A program made the position numbers and the translations under genes. A stretch of 64,000 bases of DNA, taken from positions 66,378 through 130,377 of the forward strand of contig NW_018406643.1 in NCBI RefSeq assembly GCF_002113885.1, read 5' to 3'. Origin of the DNA: Mizuhopecten yessoensis (lineage: Eukaryota). Positions 11,625-25,649 of the stretch are shown here, in pieces. Numbering within the stretch: position 1 is the first letter of the stretch; every line of letters begins with the position of its first letter. Below the pieces are notes generated by a model that made no database searches, was not told where the DNA came from, and was given only the letters and a program-made list of their open reading frames with translations.

Positions 11625-14600
11625 TTACAAAAAGCTTTCAGTAACAGTTACCAAAGCTTTCCGTTACAAAAGTGTTCAGTAACAGCTACCATAGCTTTCC
11701 GTTACAAAAGCGTTCAGTAACAGTTACCAAAGCTTTCCGTTACAAAACCGTTCATTAACAGTTACCAAAGCTTTCCGTTACAAAACCGTTCAGTAACAGT
11801 TACCATAGCTTTTAGTAACAAAAACGTTCAGAAACAGTAACCATAGAGTGCCGTAACAAAAGTGTTCAGTAACAGTTATCTTAGCTTTCAGTAACAAAAG
11901 TGTTCAGAAACAGTAACCATAGAGTGCAATAACAAAAGTGTTCAGTAACAGTTCTCTTAGCTTTAAGTAACAAAAGCGTTCAGTAACAGTTATCATAGCT
12001 TTCAGTTACAAAAGCGTTCAGTAACAGTTATCATAGCTTTCAGTAACAAAAGCGTTCAGAAACAGTAACCATAGAGTGCCGTAACAAAAGTTTTCAGTAA
12101 CAGTTATCTTAGCTTTCAGTAACAAAAGTGTTCAGAAACAGTAACCATAGAGTGCAATAACAAAAGTGTTCAGTAACAGTTCTCTTAGCTTTAAGTAACA
12201 AAAGCGTTCAGTAACAGTTATCATAGCTTTCAGTTACAAAAGCGTTCAGTAACAGTTATCATAGCTTTCAGTAACAAAAGCGTTCAGAAACAGTAACCAT
12301 AGAGTGCCGTAACAAAAGTTTTCAGTAACAGTTATCTTAGCTTTCAGTAACAAAAGTGTTCAGAAACAGTAACCATAGAGTGCAATAACAAAAGTGTTCA
12401 GTAACAGTTATCTTAGCTTTAAGTAACAAAAGCGTTCAGTAACAGTTATCATAGCTTTCAGTTACAAACGCGTTCAGTAACAGTTATCATAGCTTTCATT
12501 TACAAAAGTGTTCAGTAACAGTTCTCTTAGCTTTCAGTAACAAAAGCGTTCAGTAACAGTTATCTTAGCTTTAAGTAACAAAAGCGTTCAGAAACAGTTA
12601 TCTTAGCTTTAAGTAACAAAAGCGTTCAGTAACAGTTATCATAGCTTTCAGTTACAAAAGCGTTCAGTAACAGTTATTATAGCTTTCATTTACAAAAGTG
12701 TTCAGTAACAGTTCTCTGAGCTTTCAGTAACAAAAGCGTTCAGTAACAGTTATCTTAGCTTTCAGTAACAAAAGTGTTCAGTAACAGTTATCTTAGCTTT
12801 CATTTACAAAAGCGTTCAGTAACAGTTAACATAGCTTTCATTTACAAAAGTGTTCAGTAACAGCTATCATAGCTTTCATTTACAAAAGTGTTCAGTAACA
12901 GTTATCTTAGCTTTCATTTACAAAAGCGTTCAGTAACAGTTAACATAGCTTTCATTTACAAAAGTGTTCAGTAACAGCTATCATAGCTTTCATTTACAAA
13001 AGTGTTCAGTAACAGTTATCTTAGCTTTCAGTTACAAAAGCGTTCAGTAACAGTTATCATAGCTTTCATTTACAAAAGTGTTCAGTAACAGTTCTCTTAG
13101 CTTTCAGTAACAAACGTGTTCAGAAACAGTAACCATAGCTTTAAGTAACAAAAGTGTTCAGTAACAGTTATCATAGCTTTCATTTACAAAAGCGTTCAGT
13201 AACAGTTATCATAGCTTTCATTTACAAAAGTGTTCAGTAACAGTTATCTTAGCTTTCAGTAACAAACGTGTTCAGAAACAGTAACCATAGCTTTAAGTAA
13301 CAAAAGTGTTCAGTAACAGTTACCATATCTTTCATTTACAAAAGCGTTCAGTAACAGTTATCATAGCTTTCATTTACAAAAGTGTTCAGTAATAGTTATC
13401 TTAGCTTTCAGTAACAAAAGCGTTCAGTAACAGTTATCATAGCTTTCAGTTACAAAAGTGTTCAGTAACAGTTATCTTAGTATTCAGTAACAAAAGCGTT
13501 CAGTAACAGTTATATTAGCTTTCAATAACAGTTGTCTTAGCTTTCAGTAACAAAAGCGTTCAGTAACAAAAGTGTTCAGTAACAGTTATCATAGCTTTCA
13601 TTTACAAAAGTATTCAGTAAGAGTTATCCTAGCTTTCAGTAACAAAAGCGTTCAGTAACAGTAACCATAGCTTTCAGTAACAAAAGCGTTCAGTAACAAA
13701 AGTGTTCCGTAACATTTATCTTAGCTTTCAGTAACAAAAGTGTTCAGTAACAGTAACCATAGAGTGCGATAACAAAAGTGTTCAGTAACAGTTATCTTAG
13801 CTTTAAGTTACAAAAGTGTTCAGTAACAGTTATCATAGCTTTCAGTTACAAAAGCGTTCAGTAACAGTTATCATAGCTTTCATTTACAAAAGTGTTCAGT
13901 AACAGTTATCTTAGCTTTCAGTAACAAACGTGTTCAGAAACAGTAACCATAGCTTTAAGTAACAAAAGTGTTCAGTAACAGTTACCATATCTTTCATTTA
14001 CAAAAGCGTTCAGTAACAGTTATCATAGCTTTCATTTACAAAAGTGTTCAGTAATAGTTATCTTAGCTTTCAGTAACAAAAGCGTTCAGTAACAGTTATC
14101 ATAGCTTTCAGTTACAAAAGTGTTCAGTAACAGTTATCTTAGTATTCAGTAACAAAAGCGTTCAGTAACAGTTATATTAGCTTTCAATAACAGTTGTCTT
14201 AGCTTTCAGTAACAAAAGCGTTCAGTAACAGTTATCATAGCTTTCATTTACAAAAGTATTCAGTAAGAGTTATCCTAGCTTTCAGTAACAAAAGCGTTCA
14301 GTAACAGTAACCATAGCTTTCAGTAACAAAAGCGTTCAGTAACAAAAGTGTTCCGTAACATTTATCTTAGCTTTCAGTAACAAAAGCGTTCAATAACAGT
14401 AACCATAGCTTTCCGTTACAAACGTGTTCAGTAACAGTTACCATAGCTTTCCGTTACAAAAGCGTTCATTAACAGTTACCATAGCTTTCATTTACAAAAG
14501 CGTTCAGTAACAGTTATCTTAGCTTTCATTTACAAAAGCGTTCAGTAACAGTTACCATAGAGTGCCGTAACAAGTTGTCATAGCTTTTAGTGTATTTTAC

Positions 14601-14680
14601 CATAGTGTTCAGTAACAGTTACCATAGAGTGCCGTAACAAGTTGGCATAGCTTTTAGTGTATTTTACCATAGCGTTTAGT
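11625..14680. repeat. 38-bp satellite, ~80 copies, with higher-order structure
   Basis: Unit agctttcagtaacaaaagcgttcagtaacagttatcat; the variant gaaacagtaaccatagagtgccg recurs at 11831, 12059, 12287 (228 = 6x38). Confidence 0.97.
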
Positions 14681-14742
14681 AAGTATTACTAAATGTATAC
14701 CCCTCTACTAAACTAAATGTATGACTGCTGGATAGTACTACC

Positions 14743-14862
14743 CAATCTGATTTAAACCAGATCTTTGGTTCCACTCCCGAACTCTACGTTTCAGTCAAAG
14801 GATCTTTGACTGGAACGTAGAGCATCGGGAGTGGAATCAAAGATCTGGTTTAAATCAGATTG
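14743..14862. mobile_element. Hairpin MITE with CAATC...GATTG ends
   Basis: ~120-bp near-perfect palindrome caatctgatttaaaccagatctttg...caaagatctggtttaaatcagattg; flanks gtactacc / gtacctacc resemble a 9-bp TSD. Confidence 0.8.
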
Positions 14863-15840
14863 GTACCTACCTAATTAATTAATACTTTTCCGATAAACGT
14901 TTTCGTTGTACCCATTTTTAAATAAATCACTAATGATATGAATGCGTAAAGGAATACTAGAATACTTGTTTTCATTAAAGGAGTCAATAAACCAAGGCAA
15001 TGTATTGCATGCAATCTATAGTTCTTTTCCATCATGGCTACTACAATTTCAAACTAACTACAGTATAAAAACTGCTCAAAGGGACATAACTCTTTCCTAT
15101 GTAGTTAGACACAAGACTTGTTTCCAGTAGGTGACACACAAAGCCTCAACGTTTTGGGAAGTAATCACATACAAAGTCTAGTGATTGTTGGTGACAGTGT
15201 ATATAATATAGGGAATGGGATGCACAAAAGAACTGACATATATAGACAGCGTGGAAAACCTTTTGTCCGAGAGACTCCCATGGGTAAGTTAGTTAGAGAC
15301 CAATTATCTCTGTTAAAACATTTAATTTGAGCAACTACAAATGTAAGTTATTTGTCTATTTAGTTTATTTGTAAGGCAAAGTTTGACTCATAGACAGTCA
15401 TCATGAAAATCCCTACATTATTATTATCTATTTGCTAGACCAAGTTGTCTAGGAAGTTATATCCTTTGCTGTGTGTTATTCAATGATAAATATAATAGTG
15501 AGCTTAAGTGACCAAATTTTCTGTTTTATAAGAATGGTAGCTACACGTACGAAATGTATATAGGTGACTCACCAATATGTAACTAATCTACCTTTAATTC
15601 TGATTATATCAAAGCCAACTAGCATTAAGCCATACCCTCAACTTATACAAAAAAAAAGAGTCAAATATCACGAGTTACTTCCCTTACACCATTTATACTT
15701 TCATGTTAGGTTACCAGGTAAGAATTAACATCGCTATCTTAATTTTAGGCGATGCAGATTGTTACGGACTTGATCTAATTTCCTGTGGAGCAAACCGTCT
15801 CTACAAGCACAACGAATGATACGTGGTTAGACCACAGGGG

Positions 15841-16164
15841 CATCCTCAATATCCAGGGGTTACGCTCACTTTCCCTCTCTACACCCCTTGAATATGTCAT
15901 AGCATAATTGAAGGCACAAATATAGTTGTCTCAGGTAAAAAAAACTGACCAATCGCTAGGCCGATACCTGTCTTTTGAAGATTTTGAAGACAACCGACTT
16001 CAAAGCCTGTCATTTTTTTCCGTTACGTGACCGCGAAATTCTTTTGATGGATGTGCATCAAAAGAATTTAAAGGATCGAACTAGTTTGAGCCTTCAGTTT
16101 TGCTATGACATATTCCAGGGGTGCAGAAAGCGAAAGTGAGCGTAACCCCTGGATATCGAGGATG
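15841..16164. mobile_element. MITE with ~80-bp TIRs, followed by a partial direct copy (16165-16331)
   Basis: catcctcaatatccaggggttacgctcacttt...gaaggcacaaa is inverted at 16085-16164 (...aaagtgagcgtaacccctggatatcgaggatg); the left part repeats directly from 16165. Confidence 0.75.
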
Positions 16165-17401
16165 GGGGTTACGCTCACTTTCACTCTCTACACCCCTGGA
16201 ATATGACATAGCAAAATTGAAGGCACAAAGATAGCTGTCTGATTGGTCTCAGGTAAAAAAAAAACCTGACCAATCGCTAGGCCGATACCTGTCCTTTGAA
16301 GATTACATTTTTTACCGTTACATGACCGCGAGATATACCGCTATATATATAACCTATAAGTAATGCACGGAGCCGACAAGCTACTTGGAATATGTAACTA
16401 TAGATCTAATTGCATGGTTCATAATATACACACTTAACTAATTAACTTATAATCAGCCAGTACTCTAAAAGTTTAGAATTGTCAACAGAGTGATTTAATG
16501 CACCTCACTGCCTGTTTCAACAGTAGTTTAGACCTGTTTGAATTTCCAATGTTTCGGTCCCTAGTCTCACCGATACGTAATACAGCTGTATGTCGCAGTG
16601 TAATTCATTTTTGACATACTGTATCTATTACTAAATTTTTAAGGTGCAGTCCCCTGTTTGTGATACGTTATACTTATTACATGATTTATTTATATAATCA
16701 ATACACAAGAGGCCCATAGGGTGTGTACCACTCACTTAAAAATATACCCATGACTTACGTACGGTAACAGGGTTGGATCCTCAGTTGTTTCCATGTTGTA
16801 ATGTTGTAGTCTTAAGCTGGGATAATTAAGATGATTAAAACTCCCAGGTGCTATACATTTGTAGATGTTCCCTATGCTTTTCCATTGTAGAATACAGTAT
16901 TAGATAAATAATTATATATTTTCAGCTCCACCTAAAAAATCCCCTAGCAGGAAAATTCTTTTGTTGAAATTAGTTAATGCTAAATTAAATTACTTAATTA
17001 AGTTAGTTTGGTGATCTACTGGGAAAAGAAGGTGACTGGAATATCTGTAGGAAAGGTGTAGGGACTAAGTCAGCAGGTGTCGGAATCGACCTGGTAACAA
17101 TTCTGGTAGCATACTTTCTCTGCATGCCTAGCAATTGTATGTATAAACAATTACACTACCATAATTGGCTGTAGGGCGAGAATCTCTACCGTATAGATAT
17201 TATGAGCCAGCGGCTAAGCCGGAAGCAAGTACATACTTCATAGTTCTAGACTCCTGTCTTTTTTAACTCATGCCTTGACCAGCATTTATATATCTGCCAA
17301 CAACAACACAAATCTCTGACGTAACGCAGAAACCGGAAGTTATCTTAAGCACTCAAACCTTAAAATTAAAGCGAATTGTCTTTAAATATAAACTTTATGT
17401 A

Positions 17402-17622
17402 TTTCACAACAATCATAAAACAAGTTAGTGCAACTTATACTAATCATTTTTGTAAGCCCGGATGTTAGCACGCGGAGGGTTTAAATGTAGGAGGAAGTAA
17501 CCCGAGAAAACCCACGTGGTCGGGCAGGTGACCCCAATACCTTTTCATGTTCGATCGGGGAATCGAAATCCGGTCGCATTGGCGAAAGGCGAGTGCGCTA
17601 TCCACTGCACCACCCGACAACC
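17402..17622 (-). mobile_element. tRNA-derived SINE with V-domain-like core, copy 1
   Basis: Minus strand reads ggttgtcgggtggtgcagtggatagcg (A box)...tttcgattccccgatc (B box)...ccacgtgggttttctcggg; alignable to copies at 45099 and 51850. Confidence 0.75.
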
Positions 17623-18332
17623 GGTCTTTAGACAAAATATTTAAATGATGTTTATTTCATTTGGATTTTAAATAGATAATTCATATAAATTTAAGGCTAT
17701 AGTACATTTATACATACACAGGTTGGGCAAATCAATTCAGCCCGAGTTTAAAAGGACGATTTTTTTTATCTCGCACAAATCCAACCACGCTGTATAATTA
17801 ACAACTGCATGGAATGTGTTTGAACGACACTTCACACTATCAACAAGCTCATTTGATTTAAAAAATAAAGCTTATTATCCAATCTTATTTGGACTAGTAA
17901 CTCTGTGTTATCGTATGAAGGCCAACTCGACTATTTTACATTTTCAAAAAAATAAACGTTCTTAAAAATCCATTTAAACATCGATTATTATTCATCTGTC
18001 GTGTCGAGTATTTGAAGAACTGGCAAAACCAGGTATTCGTATTGATCATTTATCAGTACATTCTTATGCAAATAACAGTCATTGCACGGCAGGAACCATT
18101 GACAGGCGTATTAGCCTTAGACAATCTTTCAAGCAATACCCTTTACTGTTTAATTTCAAAAGACGTATAAAGATTTGGAACAATGGATCGCGTGTTAGAT
18201 TATATCTCCCCACACCGTAGTCAGTAGTTGGTGTGTACACAGTGTCGGGGTAAACCACTGCGACAAACCTCGATGGAAGAAACATGGATGTTAAACTCTA
18301 GATATACTGGTTAAAAGGCATACATATATAAA

Positions 18333-19655
18333 ATGATCTACTGTTTCGACGACTTTCAGCTAAAGCATCTTTGTGATGTGATTGAGGCTGAGAGACGCGT
18401 CCGTGAAAGGCTTTACAACGAGTTAACATGGACAAACGCTTGGTCACCAGGGGGGATGACCAGGGGCCGGAGACCCAGGTCAGGGAAGAGTCAGAAGCAG
18501 ACACTGAAAAAACGACCTTCATCTGCCAGGAAATACGATGAAAGGTACGAGTCAGACACGTCACGTGACGAAGGAACGCTCGTGAAAGATCGGCCAAGTT
18601 CCGCTCGACTTCCACGTGAGAAAATAAAAGAAGTTTCAAAGAGAAAGCCTAAATCGCACGCTTTAGAATATGGATCTGAAGCTTCATACGAAGAAAGTCT
18701 ACGCCTCAAAAAACGACCTCAATCCGCGCGAGAGGCGCGTGAAAAGGTGAAGGAGGATGTGAGGAGAAAACCTAGAACACTCGCGTTCGAGATTGGGTCT
18801 GAGTCAAAATCTGTAGCTGTGAAATGGGGAACGGATCCTCGGAATCTCTCGGTGACTATGGGAGATGGGTATGGGAGAAAAGCACGCCAACAAAGAAAAC
18901 CGGAACCGGAACATGACAGGTTTGTTATCAGTAACTTTGGTAAGGGGAGCTCATTCCAAGTAAATACAGGAAGAACCACAAAGGACCCTACTAACATAAC
19001 AATTGACAATGTACGGAGGGGCACATCCGGTCCCAAAGAAACCCTTCGCGTGACGGGAGGGGGAACGAACGTCGTAATTCATAATCCAAAAAGAACGGGA
19101 TTACCTAATAAAGGATCGAACACCATTCATGTGGCTAGTGGAGATACTGACGTCGTTGTTCACAAACCACAAAACGAGGACAGTGATTCTAGTCAAAGTA
19201 ATATAATTCGAAAAGAGCGCAAACCAAAGAAGTCACAAAAAAGGATCAAGGATACAAGTAGAAATGCTTTTGAGAATAACAATGCTATTACATTTTCTGA
19301 GGAAACAGGCACCCAGACGGCCTGGATGGATACAGATCCAGACCCAGCGCCTACTTCCGGTTCTTGTCCGCCGTCCCGGCGTATCAAGTTCATGGGCGAG
19401 GACCGAACGCACCGGGAGTATAAGACCGCCTTCATCGACGACCAAAAGCTCGTTCGGCCAATGACAGACGATGATATCCCACTCGTGGTTGAAGTCGTTC
19501 AACCGGATGAAGACGACGAGGAATATGTGGATGAAAAATCCGTGCAAGAAAATGACCGTCGACCGGAAGTGATACACTATATAGACAAAACAGTACCTGC
19601 TCGCGCCATAGAACCGTTCGAGCCAGTATTTGTTATGCCACATCCGGCATGGGAG
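18333..19655 (+). CDS. Cluster gene A exon 1 (441 codons); uncharacterised basic/disordered protein, ~513 aa spliced
   Basis: Long GC-elevated ORF from ATG; ends EVIHYID...EPFEPVFVMPHPAWE at consensus donor GAG|gtaagt, phase 0. Confidence 0.85.
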
Positions 19656-20151
19656 GTAAGTCTAGTATTTCCTAAATAAACTGGTTTCCGATAAGTGGCG
19701 CCCATAATATACAAATGCGTAAAAATGTTGGTTTCAACCTTTTCACCTTTTACCGATTTTAGATACAATGTATAAGAACTGTACTAAGAGGTAATTTAAG
19801 ATAAAATGTTATTTTCCTTGCCTTATCTTTATAAGAAATATAATCTGAAGCTATAGTCATCATTTGTTTAATGTTTATGTTTATTCATAGATTAAATTTC
19901 CCATGATTGAATATGTAAATGTTATTTTTAAACACAAAGGAAGTCTGTAACTATATCTACAACCTATGATCAGAATGGTTAAGTAAAGTATTAAGTATAT
20001 GTTTAGGATATTATTTTTCATTGAACTTAAATATATATAAATCACCACCCTCTCAGAATCCTAAAGAATTGTGAGATACGTGACGGATTTGTTTCTGTAA
20101 CCATGTTTCAACTACATGATCTTACAAAAATGTGACAACCTGTTATTGCAG

Positions 20152-20370
20152 CCGGAATCCCGAGACAAACGCCCCCACACCCCAGGGAGAGTAAAATCCC
20201 GGCCTCCCCTTCCCCCGCGCCAGTACCGCCCCCTAGATGTGTATGACCGCAGGAGTGCCGATACCAACGACCGTTTCCTTGTTGTCAAGACTCGAGCCCC
20301 GCCCCGGAAACCACCACGCCCAACAATCAACTACCACCAACATGATGACGCAGTTTTTTCCGTGTACTGA
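20152..20370 (+). CDS. Cluster gene A exon 2 (terminal)
   Basis: Acceptor tgttattgcag|CCG, phase 0; PESRDKRPHTP...RPLDVYDRRSADTNDRFLVVKTR...stop, homologous to terminal exons of B, E, F and G. Confidence 0.8.
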   Translation, partial: PESRDKRPHTPGRVKSRPPLPPRQYRPLDVYDRRSADTNDRFLVVKTRAPPRKPPRPTINYHQHDDAVFSVY

Positions 20371-23300
20371 AGACTATTTAAATGGACACTGAAATCAAAT
20401 TGGATGATTGACATAGGTTCAATGATACAAACATGTTAAGTGGTTTACTACAGGTTCTCACAGTTTCTGAAGATAAACACGATTTAAGTTGTACCAAAAT
20501 TTTAGTTTTTTATCTAGAATATTTCTTATTATGGTGTAGGGAAGTTGAACCATGTTTTGTCCTCTACTGATGCAGCAATGAAACCTGTCTTATTTGACAT
20601 CCTGTGGAACACATCACATTGGTCAGATTAGACAGGAACTGTGAATGCACATGTTGTATTTGACAATTTTCATAAGAATGAAAGGCTGACATATTTTTGT
20701 TGGATTATTACATTTAAGACTCTGTAAATTTCAATTCAATTTTTCTCTATGTTAAGGGGGTAAACGCACAAACGTTGGTTTCAGGATCGGCGAAGACTCG
20801 GTGACCGTCGCCACTTTCGGAAACGTCGTAAACGAGTTTCTCGTTGACGGAAAATGCCGACAGATTCCGTTTGGAGAACAAGATGAATTCCACACAATCT
20901 AAGTATATCAAAAGCTAGTTCATAATGAAAACAAAGTTTAGAAATGTACCGTTACATGTAGTTATTGAACTGAGGCGAAGCGTTGACCACTTTTACACTG
21001 TGTATGATATAACAGACTATTACATTTCATCATACTGTATACAGCTTTCTATTATAAGCAAATGAATGCAAGTCCGTGGTAGGAAACCTTAATTAACTGT
21101 GGTGTTGGGTACTCTACAAATGTACTGAGACAAGAGACACCCTATTATAGCCTATATTTAAGGGCTGTACATGGGTTTCCTCTGATTTCCGGAACTAGTT
21201 TATATTACCGTTATTTTTTCCAGTATCATAGAGGTTCTGAAGTTTCCATAATTACAATCAATAAAATAAAATTAAAATGTAAAGTGTCAAAAAAGAAATG
21301 AGAAGTAGCTGTATTTTTCTTACATCTATCATCTTTCTTCCTTAATATCTGGCTCATTCGATTTTCAGGAAAGGTACAATGAAGGGTTTTTGATGTGTAT
21401 ATTGAATATTCACATCCAGCGAAGGTTAAAACTGAGAAACCCTTTAAAATTGAAAATAGACCCGTCCTATATAAGACAATGCTACTTAGCTTACAGATCG
21501 GCAGGGAAGGGGTTTGAAACGTGCCAAAACGCAATAATACTTTCACCCGAATGTATATATAATATTAACCGTATTTGTGATTTATTTGGATATTATCATT
21601 TTCAAGGAAAACAATATCATCTAAAATACTTATTAGGTTTTTCTCCTTTGAAATAATGTTATTAAATGTGTAACTTGTATTTATTCAAGAAATGTCATAC
21701 TCGGAGTAATTGTGTTATTATCATTATGGTACAGTAGACTGTTGTTCTAAGACAGGGACAACACTGGGTTGAAGTTGTAAAGCATCATCGCCCGAGGAAA
21801 GTGACGTCACCGAATCGGTAAATTCCGCTAGTGATCGGTACTTTCCGATGTTTGTGAAAAGAACGTGTGATTGGAATCTATATAACCAAAATTCGGGAAA
21901 TGTGTTGCTAAGGACGCATGCCATTTTCAATATAAATATTTTGTGCCTTTAGTAAATTAACGAAGTCTAAAAGTAGATCCAATGCAGATATTAAAGGCTC
22001 CTATAAGTGTGCCGCAACTCTTTTAGAAAGATTATAAATGTTACATAGCATACATCCTTAATCAGACATTTTATTATTTTTTATTATGATACCAGGAAAA
22101 CAGTTGAAACCTGACATACAACTTTTCTCCCACAAAGAGTGTTAATAAATGGGACGTTGCAAAGAATTGTATTTGCTTGATAAGAATTATATTGGGTCAC
22201 ATGACAGGGGTTTTGACACTCTATTGAGTGTATTTGTTCAGTTCTATTCTCGGCACGTTCGTTTCATTTCATCCAAACGAAGTGAGCCAACTCACAGGGA
22301 CCGGAGAATTTGTTACAGCTATATTTTGACCTAAGCTACATTCTCAGGTCCCTGTGAACCAACTCTATTACAGTAAAAAAAGAATGCAAAGTAATTCTGG
22401 GTAATTGATTTAGCCTTGAGGAGAATTGGTTAAGTCGTGTAGGTAAACAACAGTGTGCCGAATCACTCGGCAGACGACCCACCTGGTTAATCAATGATGT
22501 TGATAAAGTACACTTGGATAGATAAATAAAAGCGATTCGTTCTTTTAATTGGTATCATTATTTTGCAAACAGTTTCATTGGCAAATAAAATATTGTCATT
22601 TGAGTATAGTTCTATAGCTCTATAATGATAGCTCTAATGGTTGCTAGTTAATGTCGACAATAACATTGTCAGGAACTATTGATGTATTCGTGATTAGAAC
22701 TCAATGCCAAACAGTTACTGCGAGTGTAAACCAAGACTCAAACGCTAACTAATTCGTGTTAAGGATCCCGCAGCACTGCCAAAAACCGTAACAAGCTTAA
22801 GCTTTAGGAAACGGGTTTTTTCCTTAATCATTTCTGAAAAGAAAAACAGGAGAGAAAAAAATAGCAATCGAGTTTGGTCAAGTGTCAGAAAGGGACGCGA
22901 AGATACATGTAGGCATAATGTGGCCCTTCTTTTCGCTCCCCAACGAGTGGTGGTGTATAATCTAACCCGAGCTAGTTAAGTTTACCGAGTGTCTTTCACA
23001 ATTGTAAGTATGATAATATATACCATCACGAGTCTGGGGACCCTTTTCTCCATAATGATCAGATAGTACACCTATAGAGCACCATCTGTCTCTCACGGAA
23101 ATACATTATTCCTGTTCCCTATGGGGAAGCAACGATGACCTCAAAATGAAAGATGGCGTCGCAAATAATTGTTACTTGACGTCATAGTTCGAAGATTGAC
23201 CAATGAAATCACGTCCACGATGTTACCCACTAGTGGGTTACCAAACAATGGTTAACCAACTCCTAGCAGGTGTATCCAATGAGTTGGGATTAAAGAAACC

Positions 23301-25649
23301 CATAGTGGTTGTAGAAGAAATGTACTTATGCAATCATTTATTAATGTACGTAATCCTATATACAAAGATGTTGATTTGATTTTTGTAATAAATATATTAT
23401 GTAACAATGGAATTGTCATCGCTTTGCTTTTTTAATACATTGAGTGAGGAAAATTATAGCAAAAATTGAAGTCATTGAGCTGACGGGGTTTTTTTCCTCG
23501 TGGAAACGACGAACCTCAATCCTACAGGTACCCCAATCAACAATCGCCATTTATAAACATACAGTGGTCCCTTTTTGCCACAAACACACAGGGATAATCA
23601 CATGAAGTTTAGCTCTCGGTATACTAGCAACACAATGTGTGGTATATGTGTTAATCAATAACAATCGAAAAACTTCAGCACTGAAATGATTTATGGACAT
23701 TGTTCAAATGGAAATATGCATGTGCCGTCTCTGGGGGCCAATATTACTTCACACGTCATTCAACAAGGGAGTAATTTAAAATCTATATTCTTGTTTACTG
23801 AAACACACTACAAAAACTATCACCAAAATCAATATGAACGATCAGTGGAATTGAGTGGCACCCGTGATGAATGGTAGATGGCATTTACCAGTCACGTGCA
23901 GGTACGGTCACGTGATAACAAGATACACGTCAGATAAGCCAACTACACATGGTTACACCGAGCTTGCGAATGTTTACAATGACGAATTAGTGTTGCTTCA
24001 AATATCATGACAGAAAATATGAATTCCGGTTAATGTTTTAAAAGATTGTACCCTCGTAAGGTCAGAACTCTTCAAGTTGGAACTCTATGAAGTATACCAT
24101 GAAAATAGAGAAAGATGTTTCATCAGAGTTTGTTAAGTCAGACCTTGAATATTGGAAATGGAAAAGAGTCGCCTCCTTCTGGCGTTTACACTTTGATAGC
24201 TCCCATTGTGACGTCAAAATATCCCTGAGAAATGCAGTAATTTTCTCTGAACGAATTTTCATACGTTCCATCTTGTTTAATGTTGATATGAATATCATAA
24301 TTTCATATCAAATATAACCAACAAATTCATTTTGCTGACTATGTGGTTATATCGACTCAAACAGTGATATAGACCCGAATTCATCTCGGTTAATATACTT
24401 TCACAGGTTCATATAACCACATATTCACCTCAATAAAAGACCATAATTGACATTATCTCAAAGTGACTACGGCGTCTTTGGCAAATCGAGTCAAGGAAAT
24501 GCGAACTTTATTTAATATAAGACAGCATATTTTATGAGATGAGATATATATATGTGTATATATGGGGTAATAACCTTATGAAACATCAGTGTTTTAATCT
24601 GATCGACCCGCTGACATGCTCTTTCAAAATAATATAGTGGTAGGGATACACTGCTTTAAAATCATGACTGACATGTACATGTATATATATGTATATGTAT
24701 GTATCTGCATAGAACTGTACTGTGCTACATCTGTACGCTAGCATGATATGGGGAGTGGAAGAGGGGTAGATGAGTTTAAAAACTCCCTAGATAAGACGAT
24801 ATGTCGGTATGTTAAGGACAAATACACAATATGTGCCTTCAACGATACAGTTAAGTCGTTTCGTCGCACCGGATCGTGACGGAAGCATTGTTTTACAGCG
24901 CTTAAAGCCCCAACACCCGTGTACATTGTATATAAGTGGGCCTATCGTTAACGGTTTATATTACCAAACCGTCTTGACTTCCCTGATAAGGTTCCAATAA
25001 AAAAGATTACAATTGTTTGCGTTAGATTTCTTACCAGGGGAAATAAGTCCCCCGAATTACATGTACGCACGTACCAACAGCGATATCATTTATGGAAAAA
25101 ATATATGTATATAACAGGATTTCAAGCACCACGAAAAATTGATTTTCCGTCGTCGTAGTGTTGGTGGCGTTGGAGGTGGCTTTATGTATTTTTATAATGG
25201 GACTCAAAGAGATATTTCAATGTAAGGTAGATTGTTTACCTGTGTATAAGTAGTAGAGGGTTATTATTCAATTACGGTAGAGGTGAAGGGTACAGGCAGG
25301 TGCTCGTATCGTAATAACCGTTGCAGTGTAAGAGACATTTACAGGTTCTCCATGCTACATGCCATATGAGTCATTAGTGGAATACATTACACACGTGTGT
25401 CTGGTTAACATTTTTGTAAAGACTCCTATATAGGTGGTTTAAAATCCCGGGAACGATATAGTATCCTTGAGCAACGAGACATTATATCTGGACGATAGGT
25501 GTGATATATATGCACACCTGGATATTTTACCTGGTCGCTTTCAGGTGAATGTATAAAGGTTTTCAACGCCAGTCCGTAAAGATAACTACTACACGGGACG
25601 GGGTATCGGATGTATATGTCATAAGGGACGTCCCCTTTCTAGAAACAAC

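Noticed and set aside
18298-19768. Minus-strand ORFs overlapping cluster exons (also at 25.7, 32.3, 38.1, 42.1-42.7 and 47.6-48.5 kb)
   Set aside because: Antisense shadows of the + strand coding exons; splice signals and motif conservation are all on +.
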